A DNA stretch of 63,391 nucleotides, the filler included, from Babesia bigemina (Eukaryota): the NCBI RefSeq assembly GCF_000981445.1. It is 8 parts of 8 records of this genome, joined end to end, with 100 filler letters (N's around TTAATTAATTAA, not from the genome) between each part and the next. Parts side by side here need not be neighbours in the genome. Positions count along the whole stretch, not along the records: positions 1 to 16,204 come from NW_012237219.1; positions 16,305 to 25,871 come from NW_012237221.1; 6 more parts are not named here. One strand, written 5' to 3'. The stretch's first letter is position 1. Every line of letters begins with the position of its first letter. Below, piece by piece: positions 9,373-21,700 of the stretch. Made by a program: the position numbers and the translations under genes. The notes beneath the pieces were generated by a model that worked only from the letters and a program-made list of their open reading frames with translations, made no database searches and had not been told where the DNA came from.

Positions 9373-12300
9373 ATGACCTCTTTAAACCATCCTAATAACC
9401 TCTGCCTTGTCACCCTTCACTTACCTTCTTCCACCTCCTGCCACTGCCCTGACCATGTGCCGCTCAGGGAGCTTGGCAAGAAATTTGACAAAATTTAAAA
9501 CCCTAAAATTACCTTAAATAATGACCCTGCTAACATCCTTAATAACCTTTGTACTGGCCTCGAGAAATTCCTCGGCTTCAACTCTGCTACCAAAGGCTAC
9601 GACGGCACTGGCATTGTGTACTGCGACTTGGATAGGCTGTGCGACGGGGTGATGGCGTTTTTGAGTGGTGTTCTCAGTAACATCAAAGACCATTTAGGGC
9701 AGCATAAAAATACTTTAGACATTGCAATTAACAGTCTTGAGCAAAATAAACACCTCGGTAAAAAAGGTTTTAATGTTGCGATTGGAGAGGTGGTTAAAGG
9801 GGTGCGGGGGTATAATGATGGTGTCATGAAGTCTAATAAAAAGGTGAGTGAACCAATAAAAACGATGACAACAAGAATGAATAAATACACGGAAAAGGCC
9901 TTAAAACCGTTACTTAAAGAAAAAGATTACGAAAATCCCGAAGAAGTTCAGAAGGCTGTCGAGCAGATTGACAGAGAAGTGGAGAGCTGTAAAGAGGCTG
10001 CACAAGAGTTCAATGACGCTTTCAATTTTGATACTCAAGATAAAATGAAAAAAGACGTTGAAGATCTTAATGCGCCTTTAACTGCCAAAGTAAAGAGTGT
10101 CGCTGAGAGTGTCAAGCATGAGAGTGACAGGCTGGGTAGGATGGCGGAGAGGCAGAAAAATGAGTTGAAGGACACGACGGAAAAAATTAAAAAAATTCTG
10201 GGTAATTTAAAAGTGAGCGTTGACTGCAAAATAAATGATGAAGTGAAAGAGTTTGTTAATAATTTGAGAAGCAAAATTAAACCTATTAAGGAAAAACTGG
10301 AAACAATTACCACAACACTATCGCAGTATATTATCGATTTGCAGACGTGGATGAATGAGACTAAAGATTTCATTGACAAAGTACGGCAAAATGAAGTGAA
10401 GAAAATCGTCAACGAGACGAGCGACAAGCTTACTGGTAAAACGAATTTAATTGAGGATGAGAGACAAAAGATGTTGAAGTTGAAAAAAGATCTTACTACT
10501 CACATTGAAAGCGTTAGAAGTATTGTTAAAGACAAGGTAGCAGATGCAAAGACCGTAAAAGTTGCGCAGTTAGATGAGTGGAAGAAGGCAGGCGGAAGCG
10601 TTGTAAGCTCGGCGACAAAGAAGTGTACTGAGATTGGTGGGATGGTGGAGACTGATGGTGCAGGTAACGGGGATATTCATAAGTTAGCTGAAGATATGAA
10701 AACAAAGGCTGAGGATCTAAGAAAGGCGGCAATTGCAGTTGAAAAAGAGATTAAACGGAAAGTCAGCGGTGCTCTGCAGGCCGTCCAAAAAATGAACGAT
10801 GACCTCAGAAGTGATCTATGCAAGGTGAGAGAGCAGATGTTTAATAACGGTATTTGGGAATACGTTAAGAAACAGATTACGGCCGTCATTGATGCAGCAA
10901 AACTAGCAAATGGTACCGACGTAACGCCTTGTTTCGATAGGTTAAAGAGCGGTTTGGAGAAAGGTAAATTGCAACAGTTGGTGACTGCTGTTGAGAGTAA
11001 CACTTCAGAGAAGAATAACATAGGGAAGCTACTTTACTCTCTAAATTTTTACGGCAACGTTAAACGTAGAACGCCATTAAATCCTCAACCTCTCATTCAG
11101 GCCATCACCCAGGACCTTGAGAAACAAGTCGATATTAACATGGGGAAGGATGAAGATGGTGATAGTAAGATCGAGTTTGTTGAAGGCAAGTTTGCAAAAT
11201 ACAAGTTGCAGGTGAACCAAAGCAAAGTGGTTAACACCCTCACCGGCAAGCGGGGGCAAAATGAAGGCGCTCTGCCATCCGCAATTGGTGAAATTAGAGA
11301 TGTCGGCTTACAAAGACTTACGAACGGAAAAGGTATTCCAGAAATGTTGGTAGATAGTTCTACCGTTTTTTCGCACCCCTTCGATCAAATCACCGAAAAA
11401 CTCAATAAAATCGCCGGGCTGGTTGACAGCGACAAAACGAAGTCGGGTGCATTGGCGGATGGGCAAAAGAACGGCGTCAAAAACTACTTGGATGATATCA
11501 CAACCCTGCTTGGCAAAGCTCCCGTCGACCTCAAGTCAGATATAAAAGGGAGCCACAAAGGTGTCCAAGGCCTCGAGACGATCAAAAAGGAAATTACCAC
11601 CGCGCTGGACGGTATCGACACATACGCTTCCGACATCTCCGTTTCCTACATAACCGATGGCCTGGATAAGGTATCCACCGCAATCACACAACACCTTGGA
11701 GATCTCGAGCAAGCTATAGATCAAACCACGAATGCCGTCCATGCGAAATTGATCGCTCTGAAAGACGATAAAATTGGTAACGCTGCGAATAGCAAGACAA
11801 TCAAGGAGAACACCTTACAAGCCATTTCTGACAAACTTGACAAACTACAGAAGGGCCTGGTGACAGATGCTATCAGAGATACCAAGTCGCTGCTTGATAC
11901 CTACTTGACGAAAGCTGAAGAATACTACGCGAAAGAACTTAAATCTCACCTCAACACTCAAGTAAAACAAGCCATCGAGACGCTCACCACCCACTCGCAA
12001 AAGCATTATTTCCTCGCCACAGTACAACTCTTGTCCGAGTTCTCCGAAAGGGTTGAGAAGGAGTTGAAGCCGCTGCCGCAAGAAATAAAAAACGATTTGG
12101 AAAAGGGGCACAAAGGGTTCATGAATAAAATAGAAAAGTATTTCATTGGAACTGACAAAGGAATTAAAGTCATTAGGGACATCAAGACCACCCACTCTCG
12201 TCCAGAGAAGTCTCCACTCAGCCAGGCAGCTGAGAGAGCATACAACGCTTCCAGACGTTTATGTCATTATTTGAAGTCACAGACGGACTTCATATCAGAC

Positions 12301-14721
12301 TTTCAAAAATACGAGCCCTTGCACAACTCTCTTCTAACTTTGCTTGATGGATTTAAAACTTCCGAACATTTCAATCACCAATTTAGAGATAACTTAGACA
12401 CAGTTAAGAATACTCTCGACCAACTCGCTCCTCGGCAATTCGGCACATCTTCGACGGTCATGTTACAAGCCCTGAAAGGGGGAATTGCTGCTTTGGTCGA
12501 CGCACTTGACAAAACCTACGTGAGCAGTTACTCCGGGAGACAATGGCAGGAGGAGGAACTGGGACACTACGCCAAAATCTGTTGGACCATCACGCCCATC
12601 TTATACGACGCTCTAACTGAACTCAAGAATAGACTCGAATATGAGAACTGGAATGATTACAAAATATATCACCCAGCTGACAGCACCTCCAGCCTCCACG
12701 CTCTCTTCTTCCGCGACAACGGGTATGACTTCAATCGTCCTGAGAACGCTGAGAATGGCGGACTGAATCACAGACAAGACTTCAATGGTAGCAGCATTCT
12801 CAAACACCTAACTAATGAAGCGCATAATTTGTTCAGTCAACTGTCATCTCCCGTCACCGGCATTCCTCCATCGACATCCGGGTCGGACGAGCTTGATGTA
12901 ACCGTCGCGGAGGAGAGTGGTCTCATCCAAAAACTCTATGATTTCCTGCAGACGTACTGCAAAGTCTGCCACCTTACCCGTATTGACAAACCCCGGGCGC
13001 CATGCTCCGTTTACGAAATTCTCGTCTGGTGTAACGGCCTGCAGTTCAACCCCGTGTACGAGAGGTTCAAGAAGCACGTTGAATCTGAGTTCATGAAGGA
13101 GGACAAGCTAAATCCAGGTACAAAGAAGCTGCAGCCCTTCGATGCGCACCCGTCTGCTGTCAAATACGGTGACGTTGAAGCAGAGCTCTACAATGTGTCT
13201 GCCCATTCCCATGCCGTCCTCACTGCTATCCTGGGCCACGGTCACAGGGACGGAATCTACGCGTGTGAATTCTCCGACAACTCGCTTAAATTAGATTACC
13301 CTAGCAACATGATCCAACTGCTGTGTATGTTGTTCGATCTGCTTAAGCGCCTCTACCACCAGCTGTACTTCCTGCTGAAGCAGTGTCGGCACAATGCTCA
13401 GCTCAGCGGCTGGAAGGACTGCCACTACGGCAGGTACATCGGCGGGTCAGGCTGGCAGTGCAACACAAAGCAGTGCCCTAAGCAAGACTGCGACCAAAGT
13501 CACGACCAAAGTGGCAACCAAAGGAATGAGCAATATCCCAACTGCGGCGTCAAGTCGCCACTGCAATCGTTCTTGGAGGACGGTTTGAAAGGCCACCTGC
13601 CGCATTCGGTAGCAGCTAGGGGATCGAGTCTGTCATGTGGCACGTGTGGTAGTACACCTGGTATGCCGTGCAGGACGCCAATGGGCTTCGCTGACATCAG
13701 TGCCATCGCGTCGCATACGATGATAGGCCGGAATATATGCGAGGTGCTTGAGGCTTACTGTGGGAGTGCAAAATCGCCTCTTACTAGACTGTGCGGTTAC
13801 CTCAACTGCCTGCTACCCAGTGCGCCGAAAACGCTGGCGGACATGTTCAGCTTCTACTATCACCTCACCGACCGCTGGGGTATGAGTGGTAACGGACACA
13901 AGAAAGAGGCATTTGAGGAGAAAGTTAAAGCTGCCAATTTCGGACGTAGTTATGGTGAGTTGAAAGTCTACTACTTATTTACCCCTAGTCACTCAGCATT
14001 GAAGAAGGGCCACTCCGATGGTAGTCTGGGCAGTCTCGTATGCTTATCAAGGGAAGCCGTCGTATGCGGTCCTTATCTCCGTCCCATCAGTCAATCCATC
14101 TACGAGACGTTCTCGTCAAAACACGCCGATAAGTACTTGTCGTGGATAGTTTACCTGACGGCGACGTTCTACGATCTGCTTAAGAAATTGTATGATGAGT
14201 GCAATTCCAAATGCGGTGCCAGGGGATCGAATTGCCACGTAAAAGCGTGCATCAAGGGGTGTCCAACTACAACCATAGCGCAAGATCCGCCACGATATCA
14301 CGATGCCAAATGCAAATCCATTGTAAAGTGCAATGCTACGCTGCCGACATTGGCGAAGTACGGCTTCGTTCTCGGCGATCCAGAGAGGCTGAACGGGGAT
14401 AGACCATCGCATACAAAACGCACGTGCAGAGATTTCTGTAATGTATTTGCGGAGGCATTTGAGAAGGACTCACATCTTGTGAAGTTTTTCAAAGCCATTG
14501 ATAATTTCATGTTCGCCATCCGCGCACCCTTCCTGTGGATGACCGTGGCACTCTGGTCACTGTCCCTCTTCTACCTCATCTGCGTAATGGTTGGCAGACT
14601 GGATGTGCTCCACATACGCTCACACCTGAGGATACCGTCGTCGCACAAGATAACGCCGCAGTCATTGTTGGCTGCAGCGCAAGTCGGAAGGCTTGCCAAG
14701 ATATCGTATCTACAACCGTAA
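9373..14721 (+). pseudogene. ves1: VESA1-like gene, tail type B; leader ATG 9373 interrupted by in-frame TAA 9496-9498, then open to 14721
   Basis: Leader MTSLNHPNNLCLVTL..SCHCPDH..KFDKI* is in frame with LCTGLEKFLGF/DLDRLCDGVM. Tail HIRSHLRIPSSHKIT..AKISYLQP. Confidence 0.8.
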
Positions 14722-14863
14722 TTGTATTCACATCTGTAATTCACAGTAACTCACTTAGCGAATCACCTACTCACCTAACTGACAAACGTAGTCTAATGTG
14801 TCGAATTACTCTAGCGGCAACCTGTGAACTAAATAGCACCTAGATTAGGTGATGACTAAACGA
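14722..14863 (+). promoter_or_regulatory. Conserved type-B 3' flank with 16-mer (14763-14778)
   Basis: Copies at 18602-18748, 30412-30569 and 43603-43749 after every AKISYLQP stop. Confidence 0.7.
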
Positions 14864-14958
14864 CAAAGCAACGAGTTAACCTAGCAACCAGGCAACGTGT
14901 TGACCTAGCACCCAGGCAACGTGCTAACCTAGCACACAGGCAAAGTTCTAAGCTGGCG
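14864..14958 (+). repeat. 24-bp array (short, about 4 units)
   Basis: ctagcacccaggcaacgtgctaac-type units. Confidence 0.85.
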
Positions 14959-15471
14959 GATGATCTGCAATTTGGTAGGTGTTGTGGCACGTTGATTGCC
15001 TGGTGCGTTGAGTTACGCGTTGACTGTGAGAGGCGTCCGCGTTGCCCATTGAGTCGGTGTCACGTGAGGCTGGGTGATTGGTCGCTAACGTGGGCGGCCG
15101 AGAGGGCCGCGGCGGGTGGCCTAAGTCGTGTGTTGCGAGTCACTGGCAGGGTGGCGTAATCGGCGTTGGCCTGGTTAAGTAGCATTTATAGGCAGTGATA
15201 TAGCGATCGTTAATATCACATTTAGGCACGTAGCCGACGCGCTCGGCCAGCATGGCGCCGATATCTCGGCTCGTAGCACGGTGCTGCTGCACTGTGGGAG
15301 TTGAGCGCACGGGGTTCGCTGCAATATGTATGGCGTTGCGAATAGTGAATAATTTAGAGTGACAGTTGGTGCTGATGACATGCGTCGCGTCAGGCGCAGC
15401 TGTGGTATCCCGGGCAGCGTGGGTGTCGGTGGCCTGGGCTGGGGGGATACAGCGGTGAGGGTGAGTGTTGA
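14959..15471 (+). repeat. ~500-bp conserved dispersed element, copy 1
   Basis: Aligns by eye with 16751-17263 (-), 29521-30030 (-) and 44297-44771 (+). Confidence 0.9.
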
Positions 15472-16204
15472 TGAGGGGAGTGGGAGCGGCAGTGGTAGTG
15501 TTGCAGTTGGTGAGTGCTGCTTGAGTGACTGATATGCTTGCAGGTTGAGGGGAGTGGGAGCGGCAGTGGTAGTGTTGCAGTTGGTGAGTGCTGCTTGAGT
15601 GAGTGATATGTTTGCAGGTTGAGGGGACTGGGAGCGGCAGTGGTAGTGTTGCAGTTGGTGAGTGCGTTGACTAAGTGATTGATATGTTAGCAGGTTGAGG
15701 GGACTGGGAGCGGCAGTGGTGCGTGTCGTAGTAGGTGAGTGCGTTGCTAGGTGATTGATATGCTTGCAGGTTGAGGGGACTGGGAGCGGCAGTGGTACGT
15801 GTTGCAGTTGGTGAGTGCGTTGCTTAGGTGATTGATATGCTTGCAGGTTGAGGGGAGTGGAGCGGCAGTGTCACGTGTTGCAGTTGGTGAGTGCGTTGCT
15901 TGAGTGATTGATATGTTAGCAGGTTGAGGGGACTGGGAGCGGCAGTGGTGCGTGTCGTAGTAGGTGAGTGCGTTGCTAGGTGATTGATATGCTTGCAGGT
16001 TGAGGGGACTGGGAGCGGCAGTGGTACGTGTTGCAGTTGGTGAGTGCGTTGCTTAGGTGATTGATATGCTTGCAGGTTGAGGGGACTGGGAGCGGCAGTG
16101 GTACGTGTTGCAGTTGGTGAGTGCTGCTTGAGTGATTGATATGTCTGCAGGTTGAGGGGACTGGGAGCGGCAGTGGTAGTGTTGCAGTTGGTGAGTGCTG
16201 CTGT
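15472..16204 (+). repeat. 74-77-bp tandem repeat
   Basis: caggttgagggg recurs at 15541, 15615, 15691, 15767, 15844 and onward. Confidence 0.95.
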
Positions 16205-16304
16205 NNNNNNNNNNNNNNNNNNNNNNNNNNNNNNNNNNNNNNNNNNNNTTAATTAATTAANNNNNNNNNNNNNNNNNNNNNNNNNNNNNNNNNNNNNNNN
16301 NNNN
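16205..16304. other. Assembly gap linker N-TTAATTAATTAA-N (also 25872-25971, 33711-33810, 42914-43013, 46906-47005, 57032-57131, 60612-60711)
   Basis: Identical 100-nt pads containing a stop-codon linker. Confidence 0.99.
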
Positions 16305-16498
16305 ACGACAGAGATCGTCTCCTTCGGATGGCATTCGCTGCTATGTTTGCGCTGCATTAAAAATTTGCCGAAACAGAATTCGCAATAGCCATCCTCCCTA
16401 CATATTTTACAACACCAGGGACAACAATTACATACGGTAAATCTTTTACATTTATAACCGCAGTTGGTACACGGATCCCCTGACACAAACCTCGACAT
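16305..16498 (-). CDS. Cys-rich protein, 5' part (paralog of 28528-29085), runs into gap
   Basis: MSRFVSGDPCTNCGYKCKRFTVCNCCPWCCKIC aligns without gaps to MGVIMYGAPCTECKYKCKTFQECNCCPWCCEKC. Confidence 0.7.
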
Positions 16499-16509
16499 CT
16501 TCCCTCTCC

Positions 16510-16750
16510 CTCCCAGTCCACTCAACCTGCGAACATGTCAATCACTCAAGCAACGCACTCACCAACCGCAACACTGCCACTGCCGCTCCCAGTCCACTCA
16601 ACCTGCGAACATGTCAATCACTCAAGCAACGCACTCACCAACCGCAACACTGCCACTGCCGCTCCCAGTCCCCTCAGCCTGCGAACATATCAATCACCTA
16701 GCAAAGCACTCACCAACTGCAACACTACCACTGCCGCTCCCACTCCCCTC
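16510..16750 (-). repeat. ~75-bp tandem repeat (about 3 units)
   Basis: Reverse complement of the 15472-16204 unit. Confidence 0.92.
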
Positions 16751-17263
16751 ATGAACACTTACCCTCACCCCTGTATCCCCCCAGCCCAGGCCACCGACAC
16801 CCACGCTGCCCGGGATACCACAGATGCCCTGACGCGACGCATGTGATCAGCACCAACTGTCACTCTAAATTATTCACTATTCGTAACGCCATACATATTG
16901 CAGCGAACCCCGTGCGCTCAACTCCCACAGTGCAGCAGCACCGTGCTACGAGCCGCGGTATAGGCGCCATACTGGCGGAGCGTGTCGGCTACGTACCTAA
17001 ATGTGATATTAACAATCGCTACATCGCCGCCTATAAATGCTACTTAACCGGGCCAACGCAGATTACGCCACCCTGCCAGTGACTCGCAACACACGACTTA
17101 GGTCACCCGCCGCGGCCCTCACGGCCGCCTACGTTAGCGACCAATCACCCAGCCTCACGTGACACTGCCTCAATGGGTAACGCGGACACCTCTCACAGTC
17201 AACGCACAACTCAACGCAACAACTAATCAACGTGCTACAACACCTACCAAATTACGGTTCATC
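16751..17263 (-). repeat. ~500-bp conserved element, copy 2
   Basis: Reverse complement of 14959-15471. Confidence 0.9.
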
Positions 17264-18601
17264 TGCCAGCTTAGCACTTTGCCTGGTTGCTAGGTTACCA
17301 CTTTGCCTGTGTGTTAGGTTAGCACTTTGCCTGTGTGTTAGGTTAGCACTTTGCCTGTGTGCTAGGTCAACACTTTGCCTGGGTGCTAGCTCAGCACTTC
17401 GCCTAGTTGCTAGCTTAACACGTTGCCTGGTTGCTTGCTTAGCACTTTGCCTGGTTGCTAGCTTAGCACTTTGCCTGTGTGCTAGCTTAGCACGTTGCCT
17501 GAGTGCTTGCCTAGCACTTTGCCTGGATGCTAGCTCAGCACTTTGCCTGGTTGCGAGCTTAACACTTTACCTGGCTGCTAGGTCAACACGTTGCCTGCGT
17601 GCTAGGTTAACACGTTGCCTGGCTGCTAGGTTACCACGTTGCCTGGTTGCTAGCTTATCACTTTGCCTGGGTGCTAGCTTACCACTTTGCCTGGCTGCTA
17701 GCTTACCACTTTGCCTGGGTGCCAGCTTAGCACTTTGCCTGATTGCTAGCTTACCACTTTGCCTGGTTGCTAGGTCAACACGTTGCCTGGGTGCTAAGTT
17801 AACACGTTGCCTGGATGCTAGCTTAGCACTTTGCCTGGTTGCCAGCTCAGCACTTAGCCTGTGTGCTAGCTTAGCACTTTGCCTGGGTGCTAGGTTAACA
17901 CTTTGCCTGGGTGCCAGCTTAGCACTTTGCCTGATTGCTAGCTTAGCACTTTGCCTGATTGCTAGCTTACCACTTTGCCTGGTTGCCAGCTTACCACTTT
18001 GCCTGGTTGCTAGGTTAACACTTTGCCTGGATGCTAGCTTAGCACTTTGCCTGGTTGCTAGCTTACCGCTTTGCCTGGTTGCTAGATTATCACGTTGCCT
18101 GGTCGCTAGCTTAGCACTTTGCCTGGTTGCTAGCTTACCCCTTTGCCTGCGTGCTAGGTTAACACGTTGCCTGGCTGCTAGGTTACCACGTTGCCTGGTT
18201 GCTAGCTTATCACTTTGCCTGGGTGCTAGCTTACCACTTTGCCTGGCTGCTAGCTTACCACTTTGCCTGGTTGCTAGGTCAACACGTTGCCTGGGTGCTA
18301 AGTTAACACGTTGCCTGGATGCTAGCTTAGCACTTTGCCTGGTTGCTAGCTTACCACTTTGCCTGGTTGCTAGCTTACCACTTTGCCTGGTCGCTAGCTT
18401 AGCACTTTGCCTGGTTGCTAGCTTACCCCTTTGCCTGCGTGCTAGGTTAACACTTTGCCTGGATGCCAGCTTACCACTTTGCCAGGGTGCTAGCTTATCA
18501 CCTAGCCTGGGTGCTTGCTTAGCACTTAGCCTGTGTGCTAGCTTAGCACTTAGCCTGGTTGCTAGCTTATCACTTTGCCTGGGTGCTAGGTCAACACTTT
18601 G
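17264..18601 (-). repeat. 24-bp array (about 55 units, CTTTGCCTGGTTGCTAGCTTAGCA variants on +)
   Basis: Strict 24-nt period; the LCLVASLA ORFs are its translation. Confidence 0.96.
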
Positions 18602-18748
18602 CATTGTCGTTCAGTCATCACCTAATCTAGGTGCTATTTAGTTCACAGGTTGTCGCTAGAGTAATTCGAAACATTATGATACGTCTGTCGGTTAGGTGAG
18701 TAGGTGAGTAGTTACGTGAGTTACAGTGAATTACAAACGTGAATACAA

Positions 18749-21700
18749 TTACGGTTGCAGGTACGATATCTTGGCAAGCCTTCCGACTTGCGCCGCCGCC
18801 AACAATGATTGCGCCGTTATCTTGTGCGACGACGGTATCCTCAGGTGTGAGCGGATGTGGAGCACATCCAGTCTGCCAACCATGACGCAGATGAGGTAGA
18901 AGAGGGATAGTGACCAGAGCGCGACGGTCATCCACAGGAACGGTGCGCGGATCTGGAAGAGCAAGTTGGGAATAGTCTCGTATATTAATTTGGCGAGGAT
19001 GGGTGCGTCTGATTTCTTTGTATTTAAGACACTGTCTAATGCTTCGCAGAATGCTTTACATGTACGTTTTGTTGTTTTCATTGCGCTGCCATTAAGAGTA
19101 TCTGGGTACCAAAATACGAATCCATATTTGTACAATGTCGGTAATGTAGACTTGCAGGCGACAATGGATTTGCATTCCTCATTATGGGTTGCCGGCTCCG
19201 AAGTTTTAGAAGCTGTCGTTGGGCACCCTTTGACACAGCATTTGACGAAGCAGTTGGAGCCTTTGGACCCACAGTTAGCGTTGCACTCGTCGTACAGCTT
19301 CTTGAGTAGATCGTAAAACGTTTCCGTAAGATACACGATCCACGACATGTATTTATCCGCGTAGTTTTTAGAAAACACGCCGCTGATTTGTTGACTAATG
19401 GGAGACAAATAAGGTCCGCATACGGCAGGGTCCTTTGAAACGCAAACTAGACAGCCGAGGCTACAATTGGCATGCCCCGCTGATGTTGCAGTGTGACTGC
19501 TGGAAAATAGGGTATGTATCTCCACTTTATCATATTCAGCTCCGAAGTTGGCGTCATTGATAGCGTTTTTGAAAGCATCCTTTTTATGCTCATTGCCGTC
19601 CATACCCCAGCCGCTAATGAAATTGTAGTAGAACGCGAACATATCTCCAAGCGTCTGCGGAGGTTTCTGGAGTAGACACATGAGACAAGTGCATAGTGAG
19701 CGGAGGTGAGATTTTCTACCGCAGAAATCTCTTAGAATCTTTCTGAGATCGGCGCCCGTTTTCGTATGCGATGCTAGTTCACTGATATCAGAAAAGCCCA
19801 TAGGGGTCTTACACGGGATGCCCCGGTGATTAGCCGTACTGCAGTCCAGCTTGCAACCAGGCTTCTTGAACTGGTGTGGCAGGAACCGTGGCAGTCCGTC
19901 TTCGAGGAATGATTGCAATGGCGATTTTAGGCCGCACTTAGGGTGCGAATCACACGTTAGGTCAGCACTTTGGTTAGACTTTTGGTTGGCTATTTGGGGA
20001 CAACTTTGGTTTGCACATTGGCGATCATTACAGTTCCACGCTGAACCACCGACATACCTACCGTACCAACAATCTGCCCATCCACCGATCTCAGGGCCGT
20101 TCTCGCACTGACTGTATAGGAATCGGAACTGGTGATACAATCTTTCCAATATATCTACAAGTAAATCAAAACAATCACTGCCTCTGCTAGGGTAAGATAA
20201 GTTTTCTGCGTTCGTGTAAAAGTCAACTGCGTAACGTCCACCTGCGTGACCGTGACCCATGATGGCAGTCAGAACCGATTGGGAGTGTAAACAAACATTT
20301 GGCAACATATCGGTTACTAATTGTTGTGCCCTGATGTAAGAGGTTGCAGCAAGGTTGAGATCATTTGTGGGAACTTTATCACGCGGCTTACCTTTATGTT
20401 GGTCTGGCGTAGGGAACAATTCCCTTAAATACCAACGTAGAGAGTAGAATACTGGACTCCACCGCAGACCGGCAAGCCACTGTAGCATCTGATAACTGTT
20501 CGCGGGATGTTTGGTTGAGGAGCGAACCTCCAGATGACAGACCTCGTAATACTTCTTGAGGTACTCGTATAAGTAGTAGAGTATGCTAGGTCCCTTATCT
20601 CTGAGGAGAGGAGTCTTTTGATTTTTCGCCAGTTTCTCATATAACGCTTTAATATTTTCACCCGTCATGGTTTTGTCTTTATTCTGCAACTCCCCGTCCT
20701 GCTTGTCTTCCTCCGTTGGTACCTTATACCCTCGCTTAGCTAAGAAAGCGCCAAGTGCATTGGGCAACTTAACGCCATCCTTGCTTTTATTATGTAAACG
20801 AATGCGTTCACTTTTATTTGCGACGCATTCTTTATATAACTCCCAGAAGTCTTGGAATAGTACTTGGATTGTGCTAAGGAACACCTTTGACAACTTTTCA
20901 CCGTAAGGCGTTAATTTTTCTTTTCCGCTAGAATTTTCAGAATCGGACTTAGTTTCGATCAATTTGTTCGTATTCCAATCTATAGGTTTTCCATCATCAT
21001 ACCCGTTCACATACACCCTCCCCATCTGCTCGACAAACCCATCCAGCCCCTTTTTGACCGCATCGAGCAGCTCCGGGTGCCGGGGGTTGGCGAAGGCGGA
21101 GGGGGATAGGAGGGAGAGGGAGGAGGAGAGGGAAGAATGTAGATTAGTGAACTTATTATCAAATATATATGTTCTGGATGGTTTAGAGTCGTTTTTGAGG
21201 TGGGTGAGTAATTTCTCGAAATTAGTGTTGGCAGTGTCGAGGTGCTTGGTGTTCTGCTCGGTGGTCTCCCTGTTGATCTCAGGCTCGGGTGGATTTTTAG
21301 TATTAATTTGCGCCTTAATATACTTGTGAATCGGATCATAATAGTTCTTGAGTGCGTCGGATAATTTAGTGAAGGTGTCCTTAATGGGCGTACCTGATTT
21401 ATGTGACGATACAGCTGTATTTATTTTGTCGAGCAAACTTGGAGTTCCAGAACCTTCAACAGGCTCACCAGTTTCACTATTAACCCCTCCCATCACTCTC
21501 ATCAACCCCTTGAACCCGATCTGCAGATCCCTCTCAATCTCCCCCGGCAACGGCGCCAACTCCCGACTGACCTTGTCCGCGAACGCGGTGAGGAGCTGCT
21601 TGACGGAGGAGACGTAGTTGCGGCGGGCGGCGGTGGTGAGGGACAATTGGGTGTAACCAAAATATACGTTTACGTGGTTATGGATTGCTTCTACGCAATC

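Noticed and set aside
1792..14721. Bacterial Ebh/SMC-like identity and TTG/GTG starts for the long helical ORFs
   Set aside because: Such similarity would reflect coiled-coil composition; the motifs are VESA-type and non-ATG starts are ORF-caller artefacts
16249..16260. Palindromic TTAATTAATTAA repeated seven times
   Set aside because: Artificial contig linker flanked by Ns
17232..18641. 469-aa and 345-aa ORFs (also 30001-30450, 7349-8170, 25215-25626, 48441-49061)
   Set aside because: Translations of stop-free minisatellites, often on both strands; no independent coding evidence
14722..18748. Large inverted repeat resembling transposon TIRs
   Set aside because: Two type-B spacers of convergent genes meeting at an assembly gap; orientation unverified and no transposase
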